Notes: generated by a model not told the origin, from the letters alone. Positions 23,936 through 33,102 are shown, counted from the first letter of the stretch. The stretch: DNA of 38,929 nt from Acidobacteriota bacterium (GCA_043783985.1 JAYVYV010000083.1:1-38929), one strand, 5' to 3'. Numbers and translations are program-made.

Positions 23936-24682
23936 TCATCGTCTGAGCGCGATGTAGTCGCCGCTGATGACGGCGTCGCGCGCGCGGGTGACGCGCGTGA
24001 GCGCCATCGCGTGGCTGGTGGAAATCACGACGCCTTCGCCGATGCCGGTGAGCGGCAGCCCCGCGATGCCGACGTCCCGGTAAATCGCGAACCGCGCCCC
24101 CGGCGTCAGCCCCTGCGCTTCGCCCCAGTCGATCAGCACGAAGTCGCCGGCGCCGACCGACCCCCGATCCTCGTTGCCGACGAGGATGTGGCCGAGGGTG
24201 GTGAAGTCCGGCTGCCCGGGCGTGTCGTCCCTCTCGATGGCGGCCGACACCACCGGCTCCACGAACGGCTCGAGGTAATCGCTGACCACGATGCCGCCGC
24301 AGACGTGATCCACGAGCGCAATGGCCGTCGAGTCGTTGACCGCGACCACGCGCAGCCAGCCCAGCGTCTTGGCGCCGCGCGAGGTGCGGTTCCCGCCAAA
24401 AGTGATCGTCCGCCGGACGAAGAACTGCTGGCCCAGCTGCACGCCGGCGGCGGTGCCTCCGCCGATGACGAGGAGATCGCGGTTGCCGAACAGGCCGCGC
24501 GGCGCGGGGTCCTGTGCCCCGATGATCCGCAGCGCGTGGGCCGGCGCAGCGTCGAAGGAGGGCGGCGGCGCGCAGGCGACCGCCACGGCGAGGGGCGACA
24601 GGGCGCTGCCGCCCTGCGCGGAGGCGGCGCCCGCCGCGCACGTCAGGAAGATCGCCGCAAGAACCAGGCGGGAGCGTCGCAT
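23936..24682 (-). CDS. secreted protein of unknown function with an internally duplicated ~90-aa domain
   Basis: Signal peptide MRRSRLVLAAIFLTCAAGAASAQ. GGAGG lies 6 nt upstream of ATG 24682. Both halves share the pattern G..D..VI..G...G...G..F.I/V.R ... A.AL/V... I..GDY. Confidence 0.6.
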   Translation of the reverse strand: MRRSRLVLAAIFLTCAAGAASAQGGSALSPLAVAVACAPPPSFDAAPAHALRIIGAQDPAPRGLFGNRDLLVIGGGTAAGVQLGQQFFVRRTITFGGNRTSRGAKTLGWLRVVAVNDSTAIALVDHVCGGIVVSDYLEPFVEPVVSAAIERDDTPGQPDFTTLGHILVGNEDRGSVGAGDFVLIDWGEAQGLTPGARFAIYRDVGIAGLPLTGIGEGVVISTSHAMALTRVTRARDAVISGDYIALRR

Positions 24683-24718
24683 CGCTAGCCTCCACAAGGC
24701 GGGTCTGAAACGCCCGCG

Positions 24719-25561
24719 CTACGTGCTGGGTTTGTTGAGAACCTGCGCTTTCAGGTCGGTGATCATCTTCTGCGCGAGGACGAGGTGCTCGCTCTTCTCG
24801 AACTCCTCCACCAGCTTCTCGAGGTAGGGGAGCGCCTCGGCTTCCTTCTTCACTTTCACCAGCGCGTCGGCGAGATAGAAATAGACGCTGTCGCGCAGGG
24901 TGAAGCCGGGATCGTCCTTGAGCACCGACTTGAAGCGGTCGATCGCGCCCGGGTACCACTTCTGGCGGTAGTAGAAATACCCGACCTGGAAGTCGGCCTC
25001 GCTCAGACGGTCGCGCGTCTCGCGCAGCCGCGCCTTCGCCTCCGGCAACAGGCTGCTGGCGGGATACCGCGCGATGAAGTTCTCGAACTCCTTCAGCGCC
25101 GCCCGGGTCTCGGTCTGATCGCGCTGAGCCAGGCGCATCTGGCGGAAGTGCGCCATGCCGAGCTTGTACTGGGCGTAGTCGGCGCGCCGGTTGGTCGTGT
25201 AGAACGAGAGAAACTCGCTGAACTCGTTGATCGCGAGGACCAGCGCTTCCGAGGTCCCCTCCCCGAGATACGTGTCGCCGATGCCGAGCTTGGCGTCGGG
25301 CCGGTAGGGGCTCGCGGTGTACGTTTCGGTGACCTGCTTGAAGAACTCGCGCGCCGTCAGCCACTTCTTGCGGTTGAGCGCGTCGGTCCCCTTGTCGAAG
25401 AGGAACTTGTCGGGCTCGACGGTGCCGGCCGGAACGGTGCCGCGGGGGGCGGACGCACAGGCGCCCGCGGAGGCGAGCGCCACGGCGACGGCGCCCACGC
25501 GCACCCACGATGTCAGACGGAGACCTTGTCGCGTGTGAATCACAGTATTCCAGTCAGCCAT
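24719..25561 (-). CDS. bamD: outer membrane protein assembly factor BamD (TPR lipoprotein)
   Basis: Lipobox-like ALASAGAC. BamD/YfiO-type TPR helices (YAQYKLGMAHFRQM.., FENFIARYPAS.., DFQVGYFYYRQKWYPGAIDRF). The exact start is uncertain. Confidence 0.85.
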   Translation of the reverse strand: MADWNTVIHTRQGLRLTSWVRVGAVAVALASAGACASAPRGTVPAGTVEPDKFLFDKGTDALNRKKWLTAREFFKQVTETYTASPYRPDAKLGIGDTYLGEGTSEALVLAINEFSEFLSFYTTNRRADYAQYKLGMAHFRQMRLAQRDQTETRAALKEFENFIARYPASSLLPEAKARLRETRDRLSEADFQVGYFYYRQKWYPGAIDRFKSVLKDDPGFTLRDSVYFYLADALVKVKKEAEALPYLEKLVEEFEKSEHLVLAQKMITDLKAQVLNKPST

Positions 25562-26481
25562 TGATACTCGGCGGCGAGACCCGCTTCGAGTCCGATCTCG
25601 GGCGCATAGCCCAGGTCCGCGCGCGCACGCGACGTGTCGGCGTAGGTGTGCCGCATGTCGCCTTTCTGCGCGGGATCGACGTTCACCGGGGCCCGGCGCC
25701 CGGTGACGCGCTCGATCATCGCGAGCACGTCCTTCACCGAGACCCGCGATCCGCCCCCGATATTGTACACGCGCCCCGCCACCCCGCGCGTGGCGGCCAG
25801 GACGTTGGCCGCGACGGCGTCGGAGACGAACGTGAAGTCGCGCGTCTGGTCGCCGTCGCCGTAGACGCCGATCGGCTCGTCGAGGATCGTCGCGCGCAGG
25901 AACTTGTGGAACGCCATGTCGGGCCGCTGCCGCGGCCCGTAGACGGTGAAGTAGCGCAGCGAGACCGTCGGCACCTGAAAGTTGGCGAAGTACAGGTAGC
26001 AGAGCTGTTCGGCCGCCAGCTTCGACACGCCGTAGGGCGAGACCGGCTCCGGCAGCGCGTCCTCGCGCATCGGCATCGCGACGCGATCGCCGTACACGGA
26101 CGAGCTCGAGGAGTAGACCAGCCGCTCGAGCGCCGGCATCCTGGTCGCGGCTTCGAGCAGGACCTGCGTGGCCTCGATGTTGTTGACCGTATAGATCGCG
26201 AAATCGCGGCCCCAGCTCTTTCGCACCCCGGCCTGCGCCGCGAGGTGGAACACATGCGTGCGATCGTGGAGGACGGCAGTCAGGTCGAGGTCCTGAATGC
26301 GCGATTCGATGAAGCGGAAGCGCGCATGGCTCAGCGCGGCGGTAAGATTCCGCTCCTTGACGGCCCTCGGGTAGTAATCGGTGAAGCAGTCGACGCCGAC
26401 GACGTCCGCGCCGTCTGCGAGGAGCCGGTCCGTGAGCGTCGAGCCGATGAAGCCGGCGCAGCCGGTGACGAGCGCGTTCAC
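25540..26481 (-). CDS. NAD-dependent epimerase/dehydratase (UDP-sugar 4-epimerase / decarboxylase family)
   Basis: Rossmann motif VTGCAGFIGS and catalytic YGVSK. GTG 26481 overlaps the upstream stop (GTGA). The rest of the 509-aa ORF-track entry is read-through noise. Confidence 0.9.
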   Translation of the reverse strand: MNALVTGCAGFIGSTLTDRLLADGADVVGVDCFTDYYPRAVKERNLTAALSHARFRFIESRIQDLDLTAVLHDRTHVFHLAAQAGVRKSWGRDFAIYTVNNIEATQVLLEAATRMPALERLVYSSSSSVYGDRVAMPMREDALPEPVSPYGVSKLAAEQLCYLYFANFQVPTVSLRYFTVYGPRQRPDMAFHKFLRATILDEPIGVYGDGDQTRDFTFVSDAVAANVLAATRGVAGRVYNIGGGSRVSVKDVLAMIERVTGRRAPVNVDPAQKGDMRHTYADTSRARADLGYAPEIGLEAGLAAEYQWLTGIL

Positions 26482-26879
26482 GACAGCACGACCCGCACGC
26501 GATCCGGCAGCCGGCAGGGACGTCCGCTGCGGTCGATCGTCGCGTGGACCGTCGTCCCGGTGGCCAGCGTGGCGGCGTCGGCCGTTCGCACGACTTCGTA
26601 GGTGAACTTCACGCGCACGGGCGACAGCATCTCGCCGGTCGTGCGGATCTCGATCTCGTCGTCGTACTTCGCCGACTCGCGGTACGTGCAATGTGCGTCG
26701 ATCACGGGCAGGCCGAAGCCCTCGGTCTCCATCTGGCGGTAATTCCAGCCGGATTCCCGGAGCAGATCGGTCCGGCCCACCTCGAACCAAACGAAGTAAT
26801 TCGCGTAGTACACAACCCCCATCTTGTCGGTTTCGGCATAGCGCACGCGCACCCGGGAAATGGATGGAGCAGGGCTCAC
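26478..26879 (-). CDS. acyl-CoA thioesterase, 4HBT/YbgC family (hotdog fold)
   Basis: VRVRYAETDKMGVVYYANYFVWFEVGRTDLLRE. GTG 26879 overlaps the rpe stop (GTGA). Confidence 0.85.
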   Translation of the reverse strand: MSPAPSISRVRVRYAETDKMGVVYYANYFVWFEVGRTDLLRESGWNYRQMETEGFGLPVIDAHCTYRESAKYDDEIEIRTTGEMLSPVRVKFTYEVVRTADAATLATGTTVHATIDRSGRPCRLPDRVRVVLS

Positions 26880-27559
26880 CGGGTGACCGGCGAGGTGAGG
26901 GCGCCGATCGCGGCCGCCTTGAGCTCGCGGGTGGCGCGCTCCGGGTCCGGCGAGTTGAACACCGCCGATCCGGCGACGACGATGCGCGCGCCGGCCGCCA
27001 CGACGCGTGCGATGTTGAGCTGATCCACCCCGCCGTCGATCTCGACCGGCGCAGGATTTCCCGCCGCATCGAGCAGGGCGCGCACCTCCCGGAGTTTGGA
27101 CTCGCTGCGCGGGATGAAAGTCTGTCCCCCGAAGCCGGGGTTGACCGACATCACCAGGATGAAGTCGACGTCGCGGGCAATCTCGGTAAGGGCCGCGACC
27201 GGCGTGCCCGGGTTGATGGCGACGCCCGCCTTCACGCCCAGCGCCTGGATCGCGTGGACCGTACGATGCAGGTGCCGGAGGGTTTCGACGTGCACCGAGA
27301 TCATCGCGGCGCCCGCCTCGGCAAACGCGTCCAGGTAGCGATCGGGATCCTCGATCATCAGGTGCACGTCGAGCGGCACCGTCGCGATCCGCTTGAGCGA
27401 CCTGACGACCGGCACCCCGATCGTGATGTTCGGCACGAAGTGGCCGTCCATCACGTCCACGTGAATCAGATCCGCGCCGCCGCGCTCCGCCGCGGCGACG
27501 GCATCGCCCAGCCTGGCGAAATCGGCCGACAGAATCGACGGCGCGATGAGCACGCTCAC
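26876..27559 (-). CDS. rpe: ribulose-phosphate 3-epimerase
   Basis: IAPSILSADFARLG, HVDVMDGHFVPN, MSVNPGFGGQ.FI. Confidence 0.95.
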   Translation of the reverse strand: MSVLIAPSILSADFARLGDAVAAAERGGADLIHVDVMDGHFVPNITIGVPVVRSLKRIATVPLDVHLMIEDPDRYLDAFAEAGAAMISVHVETLRHLHRTVHAIQALGVKAGVAINPGTPVAALTEIARDVDFILVMSVNPGFGGQTFIPRSESKLREVRALLDAAGNPAPVEIDGGVDQLNIARVVAAGARIVVAGSAVFNSPDPERATRELKAAAIGALTSPVTR

Positions 27560-28278
27560 CGGCTGACCTCGAGGGAAATGGGCTCGCCCGGCCCAATCTG
27601 GAATCCGCCCTGCGGGCTCTGCCGGATCACGACGCCGGCGGCCACTCCGGGATACGGAACCGATCCGACCACCGCGACGCGGAAGTTGCGATTGCGCAGG
27701 ATGTCGGCGGCGCGGTCGCCGTCGACGCCGATGAGATCGGGCATCACGTAGCTGGCGCCGCGCTCGCCGCGGTTCACCAGCAGCGCCACGTGGCCCGCCG
27801 GGCTCTTGGCCGGGGGCGTCTGCGCGACGACGACGTCAGGAGCGAAATCCTGCGAGCGCATCTCGGAGATGTCAGACACGGTGAGGCCGTCCTGCGAAAG
27901 GCGCAGCTGGGCGGTCCGCTCCGTTTCGCCGACGAGCAGCGGCATCGTCGCCGATCGCAGGCCCGCGCTCAGCCAGATCTTGACGCTGCGCTGGCGCCTG
28001 GCGACCGAGCCCGGCGCCGGCTCCTGCGCGAGCACGCGTCCGGCGCCCACCTTCGGATCCGGACGCCGGCTCTCGTCCACGTTCATCGCGAGCCCGAGGT
28101 TCGCGGCAAGCGCCGTCGCTTCGTTCGCCGTGCGGTTGGTGAAGTCGGGGACCTGGACCTCGCGCGCGCGCAGGGCGACGCGCATCGACGCGGCGGCAAA
28201 GAGCACGTAGGTCGCCAGCAAGCCGCCGCCAAGCAGCACGAGCTTTCCCGCGCTCCAGACGCGCGTTCTCAAGGCCAT
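27556..28278 (-). CDS. membrane-anchored protein with three PASTA domains and no kinase or transpeptidase domain
   Basis: One TM helix (KLVLLGGGLLATYVLFAAASM), then three ~65-aa PASTA-like units (VPDF..A...L, MPLLVGE..A...L, MPDLIG...A..IL). Only ~120 nt separate it from rsmB. Confidence 0.8.
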   Translation of the reverse strand: MALRTRVWSAGKLVLLGGGLLATYVLFAAASMRVALRAREVQVPDFTNRTANEATALAANLGLAMNVDESRRPDPKVGAGRVLAQEPAPGSVARRQRSVKIWLSAGLRSATMPLLVGETERTAQLRLSQDGLTVSDISEMRSQDFAPDVVVAQTPPAKSPAGHVALLVNRGERGASYVMPDLIGVDGDRAADILRNRNFRVAVVGSVPYPGVAAGVVIRQSPQGGFQIGPGEPISLEVSR

Positions 28279-28399
28279 GGATGTCCCAAAGCGTACTACA
28301 GCTGACGGGCCGACACACGGGCCGGCCCCTGCGGGCATGATGGAAGGCGTACCCGCGGCTGCCACGAACGGGTTGGTGGGGCGGACGCGTGTGACTTTC

Positions 28400-29758
28400 C
28401 TACCCCCGGCGTTGGAACACGGCGCCGAAGAACGCCTCGAGACCGTGGAGGTGCGGTTGCGTGCGGAGGTGGCCGCGCCGATCGATCAGCGTCGCCGCCA
28501 GGCGCGACGTCGCCTCGCCGGCGTGCAGTGGCGTGAAGCCGGGCGTCGTCGCGAGAAACGCGGCGGTGACCGCTTCATTCTCTTCGGGCTCGCTGGAGCA
28601 GGTCGCATAGACGAGGCGGCCGCCGGGCGCGACCTGGTCGGCCGCGCGCTGAAGCATCGTCAACTCGGCGGCGGCGAGAGACGGCAGGTCCTGTTCGCGC
28701 CGGCGCCAGCGGATGTCCGGATCGCGCCGCAAGGTGCCGAGGCCGGAGCAGGGCGCATCCACCAGCACGCAATCGAATACCGGTCCGAAGGGGAGCGGCT
28801 CCAGCAGATTCGCCTGGACAATCCGGACGTTGCCGGCCCCGCTCGCGGCGACCGTGCGGCGAAGGAGGTCGATGCGGCGACTGCGGACATCGCAGGCGAC
28901 GACGAGGCCGCGACCTTCCAGCAGGGCCGCCAGCGCCGTCGTCTTGCCGCCGGGCGAGGCGCACGTGTCGAGCAGGCGCGGCAGCGCGCGGTCGCCGGCC
29001 AGCAGCGTCACGAGCTGCGACGCTTCGTCCTGCACGACGAACCAGCCGTGCTCCTTCCCGGCGCCGCGCAGCGGGTGCCCTTCGTCGACGACGAGGCCGT
29101 CGGGCGCATAGGCGGTGGGATGCACGCGGATCTCGTCCTTCGCGAGCCACTCGATCAGCGCCTCGCGGGTCGTCTGGAGCCGGTTGGCGCGCAGCGTCAC
29201 CGAGCCCGGCGTGTTGTTGAACTTCATCCACGCCTCCGCCGTGTCGAGCCCGAGGCGCTCGTACCATCGGCCGGCGAGCCAGCGTGGGTGCGACAGCGTC
29301 ACGCTCAGATACTCGAGCGCCGACTCGCGGTCGGCCGGATCGGAGGGCCGCGGCGGCAGCGGCAACGACGCGCGGCGTCGCGAAATGGACCGTAGCACGG
29401 CGTTGACGAACCCGCTGGCGCTTCGCTTTCCAGCGCGCTTCGTCAAGTCGACCGCATCGTCGACGACGGCGGCGGCCGGGACGCGCGTGAGGTAGAGCAG
29501 CTGGTAGGCGCTGAGACGAAGGATCTCGACAATCTCCGGGTCGAGACGATCGATCGCGCGTCTGGAGAATTCGACGATCAGGTGATCGAGCGCCGCGCGC
29601 CAGCGCTGGACGCCGCTGGCGATTTCCGCGGCGAGCGCGCGATCGCGCTCGTCGGTGAGGCCGCCGCGCGCCAACGCCGTCGCCGTCGGGAGATCGGAGT
29701 GGCCGGCGGAGACGGCGCAGAGAATGTCGTACGCCGCGACGCGCGCCGGCGCGATCAT
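28400..29758 (-). CDS. rsmB: 16S rRNA (cytosine-C5)-methyltransferase RsmB
   Basis: NusB-like N-terminal domain, SAM motif DTCASPGGKT, catalytic DAPCSGLGTLRR and YATCS. Confidence 0.9.
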   Translation of the reverse strand: MIAPARVAAYDILCAVSAGHSDLPTATALARGGLTDERDRALAAEIASGVQRWRAALDHLIVEFSRRAIDRLDPEIVEILRLSAYQLLYLTRVPAAAVVDDAVDLTKRAGKRSASGFVNAVLRSISRRRASLPLPPRPSDPADRESALEYLSVTLSHPRWLAGRWYERLGLDTAEAWMKFNNTPGSVTLRANRLQTTREALIEWLAKDEIRVHPTAYAPDGLVVDEGHPLRGAGKEHGWFVVQDEASQLVTLLAGDRALPRLLDTCASPGGKTTALAALLEGRGLVVACDVRSRRIDLLRRTVAASGAGNVRIVQANLLEPLPFGPVFDCVLVDAPCSGLGTLRRDPDIRWRRREQDLPSLAAAELTMLQRAADQVAPGGRLVYATCSSEPEENEAVTAAFLATTPGFTPLHAGEATSRLAATLIDRRGHLRTQPHLHGLEAFFGAVFQRRG

Positions 29759-30873
29759 GATGCGTCGGGAGGATTCGGCTTTCCGCTCCCGCCGACGCCG
29801 TTGGACGGCGAAGGCGGAAGCCGGGCCGCGGTCGTGAAGCGGTCGCCGGCGGTCAGGCGATGACCGGCCAGGAACTCGCGCGCGCCCATCGAACGCTTGC
29901 CCTCGGCCTGGATCTCGACGATGCGCAGGAGGCCGTCGCCGGTCGAGACCGTCAGCCGATCGCCCTCGGCTTCGAGGATGGTGCCCGGCGGCGCGGGAGC
30001 GATTCCGCCTGCGTCAGCCGGCAGGGGGCCGGGGCCGTCAGTCCCCGGCGCCTCCAGCCTCGAGCGCCGGAGGATCACCCGCTTGCCGTGGATGACGCTG
30101 AAGGCATGCGGCCAGGGATGCAGGCCGCGAATCAGGTTGTGCACGCGGACCGCCGGCCAGTTCCAGTCGATCGCGCCGTCGTCTTTCGTCAGCCGGTGCG
30201 CGTACGTCGCCAGCGCGTCGTCCTGCGGGCGTTCCACCGCGTGGCCGCCTGCCATCTGATCGACGACGGCGACGAGCAGCCGCGCGCCGATCCGCGCGAG
30301 CGCGTGCTCGACCTCGTCGCTCGTGTCGTCCGGCCCGATCGGATGATGCGCCGTGACGATGATGCCGCCGGCGTCCAGCGCCTTGACGACCCGCATGATC
30401 GTGACGCCCGTACCCGTCTCCCCGGCGATCACGGCGCGATGCACCGGAGCGGCCCCGCGATAGCGGGGCAGCAGCGAGGCGTGGACGTTGATCATGCCGA
30501 GCCTCGGCGTGGCCAGCATGACGTCGGTGAGGATCCGCCCATACGCGGCGACGACGCCGAGGTCCGCGCGCCACTCGGCGAGGCGCTCGAGAAACGCGGG
30601 ATCCCTCATGCGATCCGGCTGCAGGATCGGCAGGCCGGCGGCGAGTGCCCTCGCCTTCACCGGCGCATCGGACGTTTTCTGACCGCGGCCGCGAGGCCGA
30701 TCCGGCTGCGTCACGACGCCGACCACCGTGTGCGGGGCTGCCGCGAGCAGGGCGTCGAGCGACGGCACCGCGAAATCGGGCGTGCCGAAGAACACGAAGC
30801 GCAGCGGTGGAACCGCCGGCACGGGCGTTCTCCGCACGTCGCGATGCGGCGCGGTCCCCGACCCGGTCACCAT
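29755..30873 (-). CDS. fmt: methionyl-tRNA formyltransferase
   Basis: FFGTPDFAVPSL, NVHASLLPRYRGAAP. ~45-aa low-complexity C-terminal tail. Stop overlaps the rsmB ATG (ATGA). Confidence 0.9.
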   Translation of the reverse strand: MVTGSGTAPHRDVRRTPVPAVPPLRFVFFGTPDFAVPSLDALLAAAPHTVVGVVTQPDRPRGRGQKTSDAPVKARALAAGLPILQPDRMRDPAFLERLAEWRADLGVVAAYGRILTDVMLATPRLGMINVHASLLPRYRGAAPVHRAVIAGETGTGVTIMRVVKALDAGGIIVTAHHPIGPDDTSDEVEHALARIGARLLVAVVDQMAGGHAVERPQDDALATYAHRLTKDDGAIDWNWPAVRVHNLIRGLHPWPHAFSVIHGKRVILRRSRLEAPGTDGPGPLPADAGGIAPAPPGTILEAEGDRLTVSTGDGLLRIVEIQAEGKRSMGAREFLAGHRLTAGDRFTTAARLPPSPSNGVGGSGKPNPPDAS

Positions 30874-31376
30874 TTGCCGGCGCGCGTGAGCTTCTGGATC
30901 TTCCGCACGATGAGATCGCGCTTGATCCCGCGCAGCCGGTCGACGAACAGGGCGCCGTCGAGGTGATCCAGCTCGTGTTGAAAGGCGCGGGCCAGGAGGC
31001 CCGTGCCCTCGTGTTGCTGCGGCTCGCCGTGCCGGTCGAGGCCCTTGACGACGGCGCGCATCGGACGCATCACCGTCGCGTTGAAGCCGGGGACGCTCAG
31101 GCAGCCTTCTTCTTCCAGCTGCACGCCGTCGCGCTCGACGAACTCGGGGTTGACCATGACAATCAGCCCATTCGGATCACGGCCGACCGAGATGTCGACG
31201 ACGAAAATCCGCAGCGGCACGCCGATCTGCGTCGCGGCCAGCCCCACGCCGGGCGCGGCATACATCGTCTCGATCATGTCGTCGATGAGGCGATCGATGT
31301 CCGGGGTCACGGCGTCCACGGGACGGGCTTTGTCGTGGAGCAGGGAGTCGCCGTATTTGAGAATCGGTCGAATCAT
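30867..31376 (-). CDS. def: peptide deformylase
   Basis: GVGLAATQIG, EGCLS, HELDHL motifs. Confidence 0.95.
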   Translation of the reverse strand: MIRPILKYGDSLLHDKARPVDAVTPDIDRLIDDMIETMYAAPGVGLAATQIGVPLRIFVVDISVGRDPNGLIVMVNPEFVERDGVQLEEEGCLSVPGFNATVMRPMRAVVKGLDRHGEPQQHEGTGLLARAFQHELDHLDGALFVDRLRGIKRDLIVRKIQKLTRAGKW

Positions 31377-31386
31377 TAATTGACGT

Positions 31387-31899
31387 GGGAACGCAAAACG
31401 CGCAAAGGCCGCAAAGAATACTTTACTCGGGAAAGCCGTTCACGACCCGTTTGACGCCGTCCTGCAGCCATCTGACGTTGAAGTTTATCAACAGGCCAAG
31501 CGCGAGCTTCAACTGCCGCAGGTATGACAGCAACTGGGCACTGTGGACCCGTTCGAGCCGTTCGATGGCCTTGACCTCCACCACGACAGAATCGTCAACG
31601 AGCAGATCCAAGCGGTAACCGCAGTCCAGATGATGTCCACGGTACACAAGGGGCAGGGATTTCTGGCGCTCGATCTTATGGCCGAGAGCACTGAGCTCAA
31701 AACAGAGGCAGGCCTCGTAAGCAGACTCGAGCATCCCGGCCCGAGTTCGGTATGAACGCGCAACGCAGCGCCGATGATGACGTTGGATAGGTCGTTGAGG
31801 CGGTCTCGCTCGGATTGCTCTGGCATCCGGCCGCTCGATGCAAGAATCGTGGCGGCGGCGAAAGGTGTTTTTTGCGGGCTTAGCGGTCTTTGCGTTCCC
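31387..31899. mobile_element. ~513-bp lower-GC cassette bounded by 35-bp imperfect inverted repeats, carrying the GxxExxY gene
   Basis: Left end gggaacgcaaaacgcgcaaaggccgcaaagaatac (31387-31421). Reverse complement of the right end (31865-31899) is gggaacgcaaagaccgctaagcccgcaaaaaacac. 27/35 positions are identical, including a perfect 11-bp terminus. Confidence 0.55.
31423..31826 (-). pseudogene. GxxExxY-family (PD-(D/E)xK-like) protein, frameshifted
   Basis: N-terminus MPEQ..VIIGAALRVHTELGPG in one frame. The remainder (L)LESAYEACLCFEL..LPLVYRG..LDCGYRLDLLVDDSVVVEVKA..AQLLSYL..GLLINFN is in another frame. A one-base discontinuity lies near 31735-31740. Confidence 0.7.
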
Positions 31900-33102
31900 C
31901 TAGGTGCGGGTAAACCGTGCCGCGGTGCGGGTAGCGAACGCCTTCCAGTTCACTACGATTTCCTCGACCGAGTCGCCGCCGAATTTTTCGAGGACGGCGT
32001 CGGCGAGCACGATCGCGACCATCGCTTCGCCGACGACGGCGGCGGCGGGGACCGCGCAGACGTCGCTGCGCTCGATCGCCGCAGGGCTCGCGGTCATCGT
32101 CGTCAGGTCGACGGAGCGGAGCGGCTTCATCAGCGTCGAGATCGGCTTCATGTACGCCGTGACGCGCAGGTCCTGGCCGTTGGTGACGCCGCCTTCGAGG
32201 CCGCCCGCGTTGTTGGTCGGCCGCGCGAGCGGGATCGGCGTGTCGGCGGCCGAGCCCGGCAGGATCTCGTCGTGAACGCGCGAGCCGGGTACATCGGCGA
32301 CGGCGGGTCCGCGGCCGATCCCGACGGCCTTGATCGCCGGAATCGACATCAACGCCTGCGCGAGCCGGCCGTCGAGCTTCCGATCCCAATGGACGTAGCT
32401 GCCGAGGCCTGGTGGGACGGCGTGCGCGATGACCTCGAAGGCGCCGCCCATCGTGTCGCCGGCCTCGCGCGCCTTGTCGATCGCCGCGATCATCTGCTGC
32501 TCGACCGTGGCGTCGGCGCAATGCAGCGGCGCATCGGCCGCAATGGCGCGCGCCTGGGCGAAGGTGATCGCCAGCGGATCGGCCAGCGCCGCCGCGCCGA
32601 TCCGCACGACGTGGCTGACGATCTCCGCGCCCACGCACCGCAGCAGCTGGCGCGCGATCGCGCCGACCGCCACCCGCGCGGCGGTCTCCCGGGCGCTCGC
32701 GCGCTCGAGGACGTTGCGCATGTCCTCGTGCCCGTACTTGACGAAGCCGGCGAGGTCGGCGTGCCCGGGGCGCGGCCGCGTGACGGGCGTTCGATCGGCG
32801 CCCGACGCCTCCGGCGGCATCTCGGCCTGCGAGTACATCGTGCGCTGCCAGTTGTCCCAGTCCTTGTTGGGAATCATCAGGGCGATCGGACCGCCGGTGG
32901 TCAGGCCGTGGCGGATGCCGCTGAGCGGCTCGGCGCGGTCCGACTCGATCAGCATCCGGCGTCCGCGGCCGTAGCCGGTCTGGCGCCGTCGCAGCTCGGA
33001 GGTGAGCGCGTCCATGTCGATCGCCAGGCCGGCAGGGACGCCTTCGATGATCGCCACCAGCGCCTTGCCGTGCGACTCGCCGGCGGTCAGAAAACGCAAC
33101 AT
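31900..33102 (-). CDS. aroC: chorismate synthase
   Basis: MLRFLTAGESHGKALVAIIEG.., GRGRRM.., full-length 400 aa. Confidence 0.95.
   Translation of the reverse strand: MLRFLTAGESHGKALVAIIEGVPAGLAIDMDALTSELRRRQTGYGRGRRMLIESDRAEPLSGIRHGLTTGGPIALMIPNKDWDNWQRTMYSQAEMPPEASGADRTPVTRPRPGHADLAGFVKYGHEDMRNVLERASARETAARVAVGAIARQLLRCVGAEIVSHVVRIGAAALADPLAITFAQARAIAADAPLHCADATVEQQMIAAIDKAREAGDTMGGAFEVIAHAVPPGLGSYVHWDRKLDGRLAQALMSIPAIKAVGIGRGPAVADVPGSRVHDEILPGSAADTPIPLARPTNNAGGLEGGVTNGQDLRVTAYMKPISTLMKPLRSVDLTTMTASPAAIERSDVCAVPAAAVVGEAMVAIVLADAVLEKFGGDSVEEIVVNWKAFATRTAARFTRT

Noticed and set aside
25540-27069. The 509-aa ORF as a single large protein.
   Set aside because: Only the C-terminal 313 aa (from GTG 26481) show epimerase/dehydratase motifs. 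The N-terminal part overlaps the thioesterase and rpe genes in other frames.
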